From Bacilli bacterium (lineage in GTDB: Bacteria > Bacillota_I > Bacilli_A > RF39 > UBA660): a DNA stretch of 39,812 nucleotides. Positions 16,520 to 27,234 of this stretch are shown here, piece by piece. A program made the translations under genes and the position numbers. The notes under the pieces are model-generated. The model saw nothing but the letters and a program-made list of their open reading frames with translations, was not told the origin of the DNA and ran no database searches. The stretch spans positions 1 to 39,812 of the forward strand of contig DAOSVX010000001.1 in NCBI GenBank assembly GCA_035379765.1, read 5' to 3'. The number at the start of each line of letters is the position of its first letter. The first letter of the stretch is position 1.

Positions 16520-17116
16520 TTATTTTTCCGCAAAAATGAAATCTTTATTAGCAATAAAATATTGACACCCTGATACTACTGATAATACTGTTGCCACAAA
16601 AATTAATAACTCAGCCACTCTAATATTCCATAATTCAAATGGTAAATTGGAAAAGAGTAATAAAGAAATACCTATCATCATACAAACGGTTTTTACTTTG
16701 CCAAGCCAACCAGCAGCTATTACTTTGCCTTTACCTGCTGAAGCCATTCTTACCGAGTCAACTACTATATCTCTAGTAACAATAACCACTGGAATTATAA
16801 CCGAAATATAACCATTAACAGCTAGAACTATTAATACTCCGTTAACTAATATTTTATCAGCTATCGCATCCATTATTTTCCCAAAATCTGTTACTATTCC
16901 TCTTTTACGAGCGATGTTACCATCTAAGAAGTCCGAAAAGGAAGCAATCATAAAAACTATCCCGGCTATTATATATTTTAAATTCAAAGCTATTTTAGAA
17001 GCAATATAATAGGTAGGAAATTCAACTCCTACTTGATAAAAAGGAAACACTAATAATATTAAAAGTAATATTGCCAATATAATTCTTGTAATAGTTATCT
17101 TATTTGGTAAATTCAT
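16520..17116 (-). CDS. pgsA: CDP-diacylglycerol--glycerol-3-phosphate 3-phosphatidyltransferase
   Basis: 198 aa, polytopic, with the CDP-alcohol phosphatidyltransferase motif DFLDGNIARK...G...D...DK. Confidence 0.9.
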   Translation of the reverse strand: MNLPNKITITRIILAILLLILLVFPFYQVGVEFPTYYIASKIALNLKYIIAGIVFMIASFSDFLDGNIARKRGIVTDFGKIMDAIADKILVNGVLIVLAVNGYISVIIPVVIVTRDIVVDSVRMASAGKGKVIAAGWLGKVKTVCMMIGISLLLFSNLPFELWNIRVAELLIFVATVLSVVSGCQYFIANKDFIFAEK

Positions 17117-17126
17117 TTTCCACTCC

Positions 17127-17606
17127 TTAATTTATTCCTGCTATAGTAGCTATATTATTACCAATAGTAATTTGTCTTATAGACCAATATATAGCTATAG
17201 CCACTATTAAACCAATTATAATATAAATTAAAATAAACTTTAAACTTTGGTGTTTGCTTTTTATATTAGTATAAGGAGACTTTACTTTATCATCCTCTTT
17301 TGCTTCACTGTTTTTTTCTTGAACAGCTTTTTCAATAGCTTTTAAAGGTATTTTAGAAGTATACTCAAATAAATATTCATTAAAAACATCAATTACCTTT
17401 TCAGGATCTAATCCTAAATATTTAGCATATTTTCTAATATATTCTTTTAAAATAAAAATATCTTTAAAACTACCAATGTTACCATTTTCAATATTCTCTA
17501 ATATAATAACTTTAATACTTAAATCTTCGGATGCTTCTTCAATAGAAACACTATTTTTTTCTCTTGCTGAAGCAAGCATTTGGCCAATTTCGTTCAAGAA
17601 ATTCAA
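17127..17606 (-). CDS. RodZ/YmfM-like helix-turn-helix membrane protein
   Basis: 159 aa with an N-terminal XRE-type HTH and one C-terminal TM helix. It lies upstream of pgsA, as ymfM does in Bacillus. Confidence 0.65.
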   Translation of the reverse strand: MNFLNEIGQMLASAREKNSVSIEEASEDLSIKVIILENIENGNIGSFKDIFILKEYIRKYAKYLGLDPEKVIDVFNEYLFEYTSKIPLKAIEKAVQEKNSEAKEDDKVKSPYTNIKSKHQSLKFILIYIIIGLIVAIAIYWSIRQITIGNNIATIAGIN

Positions 17607-17628
17607 CTCCTTTTAAAATAAAATAAAT

Positions 17629-17967
17629 AATATCTTATAAGCCACGTTCTGTACCTATTTCTAGGCGGCAAATATTTATCTACTATTACTAGTTTCTTAT
17701 ATAAGTTTTTTATTCCTTATATAAAAACTCCCCTACCTAATTTGGGTTTCTCACTCGCGGGGTTTACCACGTTCCACTATTAAAGTTTCCTCTAACACTC
17801 GTCTCTTTGGCACTTTTATATCTAATTTAACCATTTGAGGTTATTTCGAAGCCGTTAGTTAAACTACCAGTGGTTATCCCACTGCGCGAACACTACAACC
17901 ATTACAGGATTGTGTGAGCATGGACTTTCCTCTGCACAAAAATTTATGCAGCATTTGCCCAGATATT
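17629..17967 (-). ncRNA. rnpB: RNase P RNA (bacterial type B)
   Basis: The minus strand contains GAGGAAAGTCCATGCTCAC (P4 5' strand), GGTAAACCCCGCGAGTGAGAAACCCAAAT and ACAGAACGTGGCTTA (P4 3' strand). The terminal AATATCT / AGATATT pair as P1. It sits next to gpsB, as in B. subtilis. Ends are approximate (+/- 10 nt). Confidence 0.85.
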
Positions 17968-18289
17968 ATTCTTTTTCACCGAATACAACTTTCTCAAGTT
18001 GAGAAATTCTTCTAAGAAGGTCAACATTAGAAGGATTAGACTCACTACTTGGCTTTGCTTCTAAATCTTCTTTTATTCTACGTAGTTCAGCTTTTAATTT
18101 ACTATTATCTTCAGTCATATTTCTAATGTCATTTTCATATTTTTTAATAATATTAGCAAATTCCGTATAATCACGTATAACCATATCTAAAAATTTATCC
18201 ACTTCTTGAGGACGATATCCCCTAGCATCAATTTTAAAATCTTTTTCTAGTATTTCCTTTGGTGTTAAAAAAATTCGATCATTATACAT
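17966..18289 (-). CDS. gpsB: Cell-cycle protein GpsB (DivIVA-domain)
   Basis: 107 aa. LTPKEILEKDFKIDARGYRPQEVDKFLDMVIRDY is the DivIVA/GpsB N-terminal domain, and the gene is divergent from recU-ponA. Confidence 0.85.
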   Translation of the reverse strand: MYNDRIFLTPKEILEKDFKIDARGYRPQEVDKFLDMVIRDYTEFANIIKKYENDIRNMTEDNSKLKAELRRIKEDLEAKPSSESNPSNVDLLRRISQLEKVVFGEKE

Positions 18290-18412
18290 AATTAAAATCC
18301 CTTCTTACGAAGATAATTATATACTATATTAGCTTTTAAAGTCAAGAAAGAGTAACAAAAGCAAAACTAGATTTTTATCTCATTATATAGTATAATTTTT
18401 AAAGGTGATGAT

Positions 18413-18970
18413 ATGAATTATCCAAACAATCTAAAAAGAGACTACAAAAAAAACATTTCTCACCGTAATAGAGGTATGGATTTAGAATGTTCTATTAATA
18501 AATCTAATGAATATTACTTAAGTATCAATAGAGCTGTTATCTACAAAAAACCTACTCCTATTGGTTTAGTAGATGTTAAGTATTGTGACAATAAAAAACA
18601 AATTAATAAAGCTTACTTTAAATGTCCTTCTACTTTAGATTATAATGGTATTTATAAAGGAAAATATATTGAGTTTGAAGCAAAAGAAACTATTTCTAAA
18701 ACTTCATTTCCTCTATCTAACATTCATCCCCATCAATTAAAGCATTTAAAATTAATCATAGAACATGGTGGCATAGGTTTTTTAATATTAAAAATGAACA
18801 ACATTATATATTTAATAAAAGGTGAAGATTTAATAAATTTTATTGATAATAATAAAAGAAAATCTTTACCACTAAAACTTTTAGAAGAAAAAGCTTATGT
18901 AATAAAGGAAAGAATAAATCCTTCTTTAGATTATTTAAGTATTGTAGATAAAATTTATTTTAAGGAGTAA
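18413..18970 (+). CDS. recU: Holliday junction resolvase RecU
   Basis: 185 aa with NRGMDLE, IEFEAKET and HQ..HL blocks, located immediately upstream of ponA as in Bacillus. Confidence 0.88.
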   Translation: MNYPNNLKRDYKKNISHRNRGMDLECSINKSNEYYLSINRAVIYKKPTPIGLVDVKYCDNKKQINKAYFKCPSTLDYNGIYKGKYIEFEAKETISKTSFPLSNIHPHQLKHLKLIIEHGGIGFLILKMNNIIYLIKGEDLINFIDNNKRKSLPLKLLEEKAYVIKERINPSLDYLSIVDKIYFKE

Positions 18971-18973
18971 TAG

Positions 18974-21787
18974 ATGAAAAAAATAAAGAAAGTAAATAAA
19001 AAAACTACCAAAAAACCCAGAAAAAAAATAGATAAGACCTCAATGGCTGTTAATAAAGCTTTAAATAAAATTAAAAAAAGCATCCAAGTTTGGAAAGACA
19101 AAAGAAAACTAAAAGGTAAAAAGAACAAATCTTTAGTATTAATAATAATTATGTACCTAGTAATAGCTTTATTTGGTATTTGTGTAGCTAGTGGTATATA
19201 TGTAATTTTTTCTTCGCCAGAATTTGATGGTGAAAGTTTATATAACAAAGAAGCTACTATTTTATATGATAAAAATGGTGATGAGTTTGCTAAAATCGGT
19301 ATGGAAAAAAGAGAACTTGTTACATATGATGAATTACCAGAAGTTTTAATAGATGCTATTATCGCTACTGAAGATTCTCGATTTTTCCAACATAATGGTT
19401 TTGATATAGCTAGATTTACAAAAGCTTTTCTTGGTCAAATAACTGGTAATTCTAGTGCCGGTGGTGGATCTACTCTTTCCATGCAAGTTGTTAAAAACAC
19501 TTTTACTGATCCTAATGCTGTTAGTGGTTTAAAAGGTATAATAAGAAAAGCTACTGATATATACATGGCAGTATTTAAATTAGAAAAAAATTATACTAAA
19601 GAACAAATAATTGAATTTTATGTTAATGCTCCTTGGTTAGGAAATAATTCTTGGGGAGTTGAACAAGCAAGTCAAACTTATTTTGGTAAATCAGTTAAAG
19701 ACTTAACTCTTACTGAAGCCGCTATCATAGCTGGTATGTTCCAAGCCCCAGCTTCTTATAATCCTTTTAGTAGTATTGAATTAACTACTCAAAGAAGAAA
19801 TCAGGTATTAAACCTCATGGTTAGACATGGTTATATAACTGAAGAAGAAGCTGAAAAAGCCAAAAGTATTTCCGTCGAATCACTTATAACTGATCAAACT
19901 AGTCAAAGTGAATATCAAGCTTTAATTGATACTGTTGTTTCAGAAGTACAAGAAAGAACAGGATATGATGCTTATTATACGCCAATGGAAATATATACTA
20001 CTTTTGATTTAGAACAACAAGATGCTGTTAATGGCATTATGAATAGTGAAACTTATACTTTTGTTAATGATGTTGTTCAAATGGGAATAGCTGTAACTAG
20101 CGTAGAAGATGGTTCAATTACAGCTATTGGAGCTGGGAGAAATCGTGTCGGGGAAAGACAATTTAATTTTGCTACTCAAATTAATAGACAAATTGGCTCA
20201 ACAGCAAAACCATTATTTGATTATGGTCCTTTAATTGAATATAATGATGCCTCTACTTATACTCCATTCTTTGATGAAAAATATACTTATTCTAATGGAG
20301 CAAGCGTTTATGATTCAGATCGAAAATATTTAGGTTTAATAACTATGCGTTTAGCCTTGGCTAGAAGTAGAAATATTCCCGCTTTACAAGCTTTTCAACA
20401 GGTTGATAAAGATAAAATAGCTGAATTTGTTCATGCTTGTGGAGTGGATTACGGCGACACTTTATACGAATCAGCCGCCTTAGGAGCATTCAATGGTATG
20501 AGTCCATTAGAAATGTCTGCAGCATATGCTACATTTGCTAGAGGTGGTTATTATATTGAACCATATTCTTATACTAAAATCGTTATAAAAGAATCTGAAG
20601 AAGTAATTGAATATAAACCGGTCAAAACCAAAGCCATGAGTAAAGAAACTGCTTTCATGATTAATTATATGTTAGGTTATGCAGTTGATCGTGGTATTAT
20701 TGGCTCTGTTTATGTAAAAGGAACTGATGTAGCTGCCAAAACTGGTACATCAACTATAGACAAAGCTGCTACTCAAAAATATGATATTCCTTCATCAGCC
20801 ATTATGGATAGTTGGGTTTCTGTTTACTCTCCAGACTACTCATTCTCTATTTGGTATGGCTATGAAAAATTATCTAGTGACAATTATTTAACTATGAGGG
20901 CAGCAAGCAAAGTAAGAAGTAAAGTTGCTAGAATATTAGTAAGTTCATTATTTGAAAAAAATAGTCGATTCCCTAGTGGCGGTGCTGTTACAAAAATAAG
21001 TGTTGAATTAGAAACTTTACCAGCCAAACTAGCTAGTGCTAATACTCCAAGTGATTTAATAACTGTGGAATATTTTAAAAAAGGTACTGAACCAACAGAA
21101 ACATCAACTAGATTTAGTACTTTAAATAATCCTACTAATTTAAAAGCTTCATATAGTACTGGAACAATTAAAATAACCTGGGATAAAATAGCTACTCCGG
21201 ATGCTATTGATACTAATTATTTACAAAATTACTTTAATACCTATTATGGCGATTGGGCCGAAGATTATTATCAAGAAAGATTAGAATATAACAGTGCCAA
21301 TATTGGTATTAATGGTTATGAAGTCTATTTAAAGGATAGTAGCGGCAATCTTACTCATTTAGGATTTACAACTAATAATTATTATAACTATACAGCAAGT
21401 AATACTAATACAAATTATACTTTTGTGGTTAAATCAGCCTACTCTATATTTAAAGATAATATTAGTAGCGGCGTTGAAGTAAAAGCTAATCCTTATGAGT
21501 TAACTCTTATAGTAAACATAACCATGGATGAACCAACTACTACTATTACTAAAGAAGATACTTTAAGTTATTATGAAGATCCAGCCAATCCTTTTATAGT
21601 TTATGTAAATAGTGTTCCAACTAGTGATTATACATTCACCAAAAAGATTTATAAAGTTGTTGATACAGTAGAAACCGAAGTAACTAGCATTCCTAAAAAT
21701 AGTGTAGCTAACTATATAATTAGGTATTCTGTTATATATAATAACAAAACATATACAGCATCCAGAAAAGTAAATATTGTTGAATAA
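18974..21787 (+). CDS. ponA: Class A penicillin-binding protein (PBP1A/1B type)
   Basis: 937 aa with a Lys-rich cytoplasmic tail, a TM helix and the glycosyltransferase motifs EDSRFFQHNGFD and RKATD. Transpeptidase motifs are STAKP, SRN and KTGT. A C-terminal extension of ~230 aa has a beta-rich, Fn3-like character. Confidence 0.9.
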   Translation: MKKIKKVNKKTTKKPRKKIDKTSMAVNKALNKIKKSIQVWKDKRKLKGKKNKSLVLIIIMYLVIALFGICVASGIYVIFSSPEFDGESLYNKEATILYDKNGDEFAKIGMEKRELVTYDELPEVLIDAIIATEDSRFFQHNGFDIARFTKAFLGQITGNSSAGGGSTLSMQVVKNTFTDPNAVSGLKGIIRKATDIYMAVFKLEKNYTKEQIIEFYVNAPWLGNNSWGVEQASQTYFGKSVKDLTLTEAAIIAGMFQAPASYNPFSSIELTTQRRNQVLNLMVRHGYITEEEAEKAKSISVESLITDQTSQSEYQALIDTVVSEVQERTGYDAYYTPMEIYTTFDLEQQDAVNGIMNSETYTFVNDVVQMGIAVTSVEDGSITAIGAGRNRVGERQFNFATQINRQIGSTAKPLFDYGPLIEYNDASTYTPFFDEKYTYSNGASVYDSDRKYLGLITMRLALARSRNIPALQAFQQVDKDKIAEFVHACGVDYGDTLYESAALGAFNGMSPLEMSAAYATFARGGYYIEPYSYTKIVIKESEEVIEYKPVKTKAMSKETAFMINYMLGYAVDRGIIGSVYVKGTDVAAKTGTSTIDKAATQKYDIPSSAIMDSWVSVYSPDYSFSIWYGYEKLSSDNYLTMRAASKVRSKVARILVSSLFEKNSRFPSGGAVTKISVELETLPAKLASANTPSDLITVEYFKKGTEPTETSTRFSTLNNPTNLKASYSTGTIKITWDKIATPDAIDTNYLQNYFNTYYGDWAEDYYQERLEYNSANIGINGYEVYLKDSSGNLTHLGFTTNNYYNYTASNTNTNYTFVVKSAYSIFKDNISSGVEVKANPYELTLIVNITMDEPTTTITKEDTLSYYEDPANPFIVYVNSVPTSDYTFTKKIYKVVDTVETEVTSIPKNSVANYIIRYSVIYNNKTYTASRKVNIVE

Positions 21788-21799
21788 ACAAAAAGCATC

Positions 21800-22429
21800 T
21801 TAATTAAGATGCTTTTTTAGATAATTACAATTTTCTTTTAATAAACATTCATTACACTTAGGCTTTTTACTTTTACATATATATCTACCAAACAATACTA
21901 ATTGATGGTGTAGCCTAGATAGTTTTTCTTTAGGAAAAAGTTTATTTAAACTTTCTTCTACTTCTTTCGGAGTAGCAGTTTCTTTAGCTAACCCCAACCT
22001 CTTAGATACTCTTTCTACATGGGTATCTACTGCTATAACTGGTTCATTAAACAAATTAGCTATTACAACATTACAAACTTTTCTTCCTACTCCTGGTAAA
22101 CTTTCTAAATAGTTCCTATTATTAGGTACTATGCCATTGTAATCTTTAACCAATCTTCGAGAAACTTCTATAATATATATACTTTTTCTTCTAAAAGTTC
22201 CTATTGATTTAATTGTTTTTTCAATATCTTCTTTTTTTGCATCAGCTAGAGAAAATATATCATACTTTTTAAATAACACTTTCGTAACTTCATTTACTCT
22301 TTTGTCAGTAGTCTGAGCACTTAATACAGTAGCTATTAATAGTTCGTAATCTTTTTGATATTTTAACTCACAAATAGGATTGGGTATCATCTTATCAAGA
22401 GCATTAATAATATTATTTATCTTCTTCAT
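21800..22429 (-). CDS. nth: Endonuclease III
   Basis: 209 aa with HhH-GPD (LPGVGRKVCNVV...DTHV) and a C-terminal 4-Cys FeS cluster, CKSKKPKCNECLLKENC. Confidence 0.92.
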   Translation of the reverse strand: MKKINNIINALDKMIPNPICELKYQKDYELLIATVLSAQTTDKRVNEVTKVLFKKYDIFSLADAKKEDIEKTIKSIGTFRRKSIYIIEVSRRLVKDYNGIVPNNRNYLESLPGVGRKVCNVVIANLFNEPVIAVDTHVERVSKRLGLAKETATPKEVEESLNKLFPKEKLSRLHHQLVLFGRYICKSKKPKCNECLLKENCNYLKKHLN

Positions 22430-23057
22430 CTAACCAATTATAATCAAACAAAGTTTTATCTAAATCAACATTTCTTTTAACAAGATGATTCTTAACATCT
22501 TCCATATTTTTAAATCCTTTTTTACCCCATTCATATATTATCTTATCAATGTATCTCAAACTACGAACATTATTATAAGTTGCTTCTTTTAGAGCGCCAA
22601 TTATGAGTTCTTCATTAATGCTTTTTTCTAACCAAGCATTAATAATTTCATACTCCATTGGCGATAATGTCCTGCCAAATTCTTTTTCAAAAGTCTCAAA
22701 AATACTTTTAGAATTATTCTTAGTTTCTAGCTCCCCTACTGAGTCCATTATTAGATTATCTATTTGCTCTAAACTAATAAATTCTCTTATTTTGCCATTT
22801 TCATCTTTTTTATTAACTATCTTAATTAACTTTTTATTATTTAAAGAACTAAATATTGATAATATCTCTTCATTAGAATATCCTAAATCATTATTAATTT
22901 CTTCTAAATTTAAAGTTTTTTCACTTAAATTATTAAAATAAATAAGTAATATTAATTCATCTATAGTTACATTGGATTTTCTAAGCACTCTTAAAAACCA
23001 TGGTGAAACACTATAATTCTTGCCATTTATATATTTTATTAAACTCTTATTACTCAT
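22413..23057 (-). CDS. dnaD: DnaD-domain replication initiation/membrane attachment protein
   Basis: 214 aa. FEKEFGRTLSPMEYEIINAWL...YIDKIIYEWGKKG is the DnaD C-terminal domain pattern, and the gene is adjacent to nth as in Bacillus. Confidence 0.75.
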   Translation of the reverse strand: MSNKSLIKYINGKNYSVSPWFLRVLRKSNVTIDELILLIYFNNLSEKTLNLEEINNDLGYSNEEILSIFSSLNNKKLIKIVNKKDENGKIREFISLEQIDNLIMDSVGELETKNNSKSIFETFEKEFGRTLSPMEYEIINAWLEKSINEELIIGALKEATYNNVRSLRYIDKIIYEWGKKGFKNMEDVKNHLVKRNVDLDKTLFDYNWLDEEDK

Positions 23058-24165
23058 TTAACCACTTCTCTTTATTTAAAATAATATACTTTATTATTTC
23101 TTTTTGATTGTTTTTTACTTTTTTATCTAAAATAGCTGTTTTTATATCTTCTAAAATTAGTTTTATTTTATTAGAAGGTTTTATTTCTAAAACACTAGCT
23201 ATTTTATCTCCCTTTATAGATATATCACTATAATCATGAATAGGCATTAACTTATACAGTTTATTAATAATCTTTTTACTAATACCTAAAATATCTCCTG
23301 CTATATAAGTATAATATAAATTATATTTAAATAAAATATTAGTATCTATTTTACCATATTTTATTATTTCTTTAATTATTTTTATACTCTTTTGTTCTTG
23401 ATTAGTAAAAGGATAGTTATTAGAGAAATTAATTTGCGCCCAAATACCTAATAAATCGTCGGTTTTTATAATATTGTCATACTCTATTTCTAATATTTGA
23501 TCTAAGTTTATTTCTTTAATAAAATTTAATCCTTTTTGATAATTATTAGAAATAAAAATTAAATTTAATTCATTCTTTTTTCTTTTATAAGATATAGTTC
23601 TTATTAGCTCTTTATTATTAATAATAAATTCTAAAGCTTTGTCCTCAATCTTAAAACCCAAAACTATCGAAAAACGAACGGCTCTAAGCATTCTTAAAGG
23701 GTCTTCTGTAAACTTTTTTTGAACATCTCCTATTACTTTAATGGTTTTGTTATTTAAATCTTCCTTAGCGTTTAATAAATCAATAACCGTTCCTTTTTTG
23801 TTCATACATAAACTATTTATAGTAAAATCACGACGATTTAAGTCTGTAAGAAGATTATTAACATATCTAACTTCAGTTGGTTTTCTATTTTCATATTTAA
23901 ATTCTTCTCTATAAGTAGTTATATCAACATTATATTTACCAACTTGAATTTTATAAGAACCATAAGAATTTACATCACTTTTACCCTGGGGAAATATCTT
24001 AGCAATATCTTTTAGTAAGGCATTAGTTATAATATCAACGTCATTAGTTTTAATTCTTAGTATACTATCTCTTACATAACCACCAACTATATAGGCTTCA
24101 AAGCCATTTTCTTCTATTTTTCTTAATATGTTTTTTATACTTTGATCCATAATATCACCTATCAA
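23050..24165 (-). CDS. cca: CCA-adding tRNA nucleotidyltransferase
   Basis: 371 aa with GGYVRD, DVDI, RDFTINS and DPLRMLRAVRF motifs of class II nucleotidyltransferases. Confidence 0.85.
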   Translation of the reverse strand: MIGDIMDQSIKNILRKIEENGFEAYIVGGYVRDSILRIKTNDVDIITNALLKDIAKIFPQGKSDVNSYGSYKIQVGKYNVDITTYREEFKYENRKPTEVRYVNNLLTDLNRRDFTINSLCMNKKGTVIDLLNAKEDLNNKTIKVIGDVQKKFTEDPLRMLRAVRFSIVLGFKIEDKALEFIINNKELIRTISYKRKKNELNLIFISNNYQKGLNFIKEINLDQILEIEYDNIIKTDDLLGIWAQINFSNNYPFTNQEQKSIKIIKEIIKYGKIDTNILFKYNLYYTYIAGDILGISKKIINKLYKLMPIHDYSDISIKGDKIASVLEIKPSNKIKLILEDIKTAILDKKVKNNQKEIIKYIILNKEKWLNE

Positions 24166-24208
24166 TATCCATAGTAATTATACCATAAAAAAAGTTATCA
24201 AAAGATAA

Positions 24209-25933
24209 CTATTTTAAGCACGATTCTAAAAGCCTTTTATACACCCCGGGTTCAATTATATTTAAAGCGTTTATCGCACTTTCTAAAGATGTTTTAAAAT
24301 TACCTTTATAAAAAGAATTTTCGGCTCTAGATAAACCAATAGACAATTCTTTATTAATTGGACGATATCTATTACCATAAACTATTGCTTTTTCAGCCAT
24401 ATTAGCGGTTTTTATTGTTTCATTAGCAGTATTATATAACTTTAGAACTAAATCCCGAGCTGTATCTACCCTAATATTTAAAGTTTTTATAGATATTGGT
24501 TTTTTATCTAATTCTTTTACTATTTCTTTTATAGCGTCTGTGGCTTCCGTTAATTCTATATAATAATTTTTAGGTATTACTGGTAGTTTAAATTTACGCA
24601 TCTTTCCTTTGGCATCTTTTAGAATATTTTTTATTTCATCTAATTGTTCACGAGCTCGAAGTTCATCTTCTTTTAAACTCCCTAATGTCCTTAAAGCCAT
24701 TTCTAGCCTATCTTCTATTTTAGTTATTTTAACATTAACAAGTTCCATTTCTTTAGTTAATTTAGTATAAGCAAATATCTTACTACGATGAGCATTTATA
24801 ACAACATCAAAATCTTTTTTAATATTTACTAAATCTTTATTTATTATATCAATAGTTTCCACATCTTCTTCAGTTAAATCATAACTATATTTAATATCTT
24901 CTATTTTATTATAAAGCCCTTTAGCTATTTTTATTAAACGAGATATTTTAATTGTTAAAGTCCTAGCATATTCATCAAATAATTTTTTAGATACTTTTTC
25001 TTTATCAAAGTCATTATATAAAGAATCAAAATAGTCTAGAATTGTTTTCAATTCAAAAATAGAATCTTCAACATTTAAAACATTAAGTCGAGAAAAAATA
25101 TCTTGTATTTTCTTTTCTGATTCAGAAACATTATACTCAATATTAAGATATCCCAAAATAAAACCATCTTTAGTCATTTTTTCATAAATACTTAAAATAT
25201 CTTCTATTCTACGCGGAATAATACTTTTACCCATTAAAATTATATTAGGAGCTTCTTCAATGACTATTTTGATATTACCAATAGTATCACCCAAAGCTTT
25301 TACTATCTTGCCAACTTCCGTATAAGAATTATTCTCCATAGCCAATTCAAAAGCACTAAACAATTTATCTATATTTTCAAACTGCAATTCAATTGGGCTT
25401 TGAACTTCTTGATATTCATCATAATTATTTTTATATTTATTAATAACTTCACGATACAAAGATTTTAATTTTGTTACATGTTCTCTATTTCTTTCTTCAC
25501 TTAAGGTTATCTCTTTAATTTCATTAAGCAGATATTGAGCTTTAGTTTTAACAAAAAAGATTTCCATTTCAATATGAGCTATTTTGCTGGTAATTTCTTT
25601 TTCTTTTTTAAATACTAAAAAATCTTCTAACTCTAATAATTCATCAGTTATTTTAGGAACTTCTTTATCTTTTATTTCATTGAAGCGCTCTTGCCAATCT
25701 TCATACATTTCTTTTAAAGTATCATTGTTTATTAAACTCTCAACTTTTTTTAATTCTGATAATATAGAAGCCGATATTATTAAATTTTTATTTCTTTCTA
25801 ATTCATTTAATTCAAAAGCAAATCTTTTTTTCTTATTTTTCTTAATTAAAGCTAAAGTAACAATTATTAAAATAACTCCAACTATTATATAACTAACAAT
25901 CGTTAAAATAATTGTTCCATTCATGTAATCCAC
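24209..25933 (-). CDS. ezrA: Septation ring formation regulator EzrA
   Basis: 574 aa with a single N-terminal TM helix followed by long coiled-coil repeats. Size and architecture fit EzrA. Confidence 0.8.
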   Translation of the reverse strand: MDYMNGTIILTIVSYIIVGVILIIVTLALIKKNKKKRFAFELNELERNKNLIISASILSELKKVESLINNDTLKEMYEDWQERFNEIKDKEVPKITDELLELEDFLVFKKEKEITSKIAHIEMEIFFVKTKAQYLLNEIKEITLSEERNREHVTKLKSLYREVINKYKNNYDEYQEVQSPIELQFENIDKLFSAFELAMENNSYTEVGKIVKALGDTIGNIKIVIEEAPNIILMGKSIIPRRIEDILSIYEKMTKDGFILGYLNIEYNVSESEKKIQDIFSRLNVLNVEDSIFELKTILDYFDSLYNDFDKEKVSKKLFDEYARTLTIKISRLIKIAKGLYNKIEDIKYSYDLTEEDVETIDIINKDLVNIKKDFDVVINAHRSKIFAYTKLTKEMELVNVKITKIEDRLEMALRTLGSLKEDELRAREQLDEIKNILKDAKGKMRKFKLPVIPKNYYIELTEATDAIKEIVKELDKKPISIKTLNIRVDTARDLVLKLYNTANETIKTANMAEKAIVYGNRYRPINKELSIGLSRAENSFYKGNFKTSLESAINALNIIEPGVYKRLLESCLK

Positions 25934-25992
25934 TTCCCTATACTATATATAATTGTATCATAATATAATTGTTTTAGATACTTTTTTTAACC

Positions 25993-26021
25993 TTGACATA
26001 GCCCTCGTTTATATGTATAAT
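25993..26021 (+). promoter_or_regulatory. Consensus sigma-A promoter of rpsD
   Basis: TTGACA (25993-25998), a 17-nt spacer and TATAAT (26016-26021). Confidence 0.65.
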
Positions 26022-26194
26022 TAGCCCTAGCTAATTCATTTGGCAGCATTATAATAAATTATTAATGTGTTTGTTACTAAATAGTTATAAAAGTACTTAG
26101 GGCTGCCCTAAAGAAATTTGTTAAACAAACTCCCTAGTAAAATATTATAATAAAGACTTTTGTATTAGAAATTTATATTTTAAGGAGGTGTATT
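26022..26194 (+). promoter_or_regulatory. Structured rpsD 5' leader (candidate S4 autoregulatory element)
   Basis: The ~170-nt leader has mutually competing pairings: AGCCCTA with TAGGGCT, GGCAGC with GCTGCC, and GTTTGTT with AACAAAC. The RBS AAGGAGG lies at its 3' end. Confidence 0.35.
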
Positions 26195-26797
26195 ATGTCA
26201 AGATACACAGGTTCTGCATTTAAAAAATCTCGTCAATTAGGATTTTCTACTTTAGAAACCGGCAAAGATTTAGCAAGAAGGCCTTATAAACCAGGAGTTC
26301 ATGGTCGAGATAGAAAAAGAAAACTTAGTGACTATGGTATTCAGTTACAAGAAAAACAAAAAGTTAGATTTATGTATGGTTTAACCGAAAAACAATTTAG
26401 AAAAGTTTTTGAAAAAGCTACTAGAATGAAAGGTATTACTGGTGATAATCTATTAATGCTTTTAGAAAGTAGATTAGATAACTTAGTATATCGTATGGGT
26501 TTTGCTAAAACTAGACGTGCTGCTAGACAAATAGTTAATCATGGTCACATCTGTGTTAATGGTAAAAAGGTAGATATTCCTTCTTATACTGTTAAAGTAG
26601 GACAAGTTATTAGTATTAAAGAACAATCAAAAGAACATCCAGCTATTAAAGAAGCTTTAGAAACAGTTTTAAATAGGCCAGCATTTGTTTCTTATGATGA
26701 AAAAAGCCAATCTGGAGCTTATTTAAGACATCCAGAAAGAACTGAATTAAATAGCGATATAAATGAATCATTAATTGTTGAATATTACAATAGATAA
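26195..26797 (+). CDS. rpsD: 30S ribosomal protein S4
   Basis: 200 aa. [18 protein letters not shown]... matches canonical S4. Confidence 0.97.
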   Translation: MSRYTGSAFKKSRQLGFSTLETGKDLARRPYKPGVHGRDRKRKLSDYGIQLQEKQKVRFMYGLTEKQFRKVFEKATRMKGITGDNLLMLLESRLDNLVYRMGFAKTRRAARQIVNHGHICVNGKKVDIPSYTVKVGQVISIKEQSKEHPAIKEALETVLNRPAFVSYDEKSQSGAYLRHPERTELNSDINESLIVEYYNR

Positions 26798-26799
26798 TA

Positions 26800-26826
26800 A
26801 AAAAGTGCGAAAAAGCACTTTTTTTA
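26800..26826 (+). terminator. Intrinsic terminator of rpsD
   Basis: AAAGTGC-GAAAA-GCACTTT followed by TTTTT. Confidence 0.7.
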
Positions 26827-26852
26827 TGATAAAATATTTTTGGAGGATTTTT

Positions 26853-27227
26853 ATGTTAAAAGAATTTAAAAAATTTATTGCTCGTGGCAATGTCATCGAT
26901 TTAGCTGTAGGTATAGTAGTTGGTGGAGCTTTTTCCAAAATAGTTTCTTCATTAGTAGATAATATCTTAATGCCAACCATTGGTCTTGTTATAGGAGGAA
27001 TAGACTTTAGCAGTTTATCTGTAACTATTAAAGACGCCACTATTAATTATGGTTTATTTATTCAAAATACAGTTGATTTTCTAATTATTGCTTTCGTTAT
27101 TTTCTTAATAGTCAGATTTATTAATAAAATACATCCTAAACCAAAAGAAGAAAAGAAAAAAGCTGAAGAACTTATCGTATTAGAAGAAATAAGAGATATG
27201 TTAAAAAAACAAAAAAGGACTAAATAG
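26853..27227 (+). CDS. mscL: Large-conductance mechanosensitive channel
   Basis: MLKEFKKFIARGNVIDLAVGIVVGGAFSKIV is the canonical MscL N-terminus. I chose the ATG at 26853, preceded by GGAGGA, rather than the ORF-track start at 26775, which lies inside rpsD. Confidence 0.9.
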   Translation: MLKEFKKFIARGNVIDLAVGIVVGGAFSKIVSSLVDNILMPTIGLVIGGIDFSSLSVTIKDATINYGLFIQNTVDFLIIAFVIFLIVRFINKIHPKPKEEKKKAEELIVLEEIRDMLKKQKRTK

Positions 27228-27234
27228 TTCTTTT

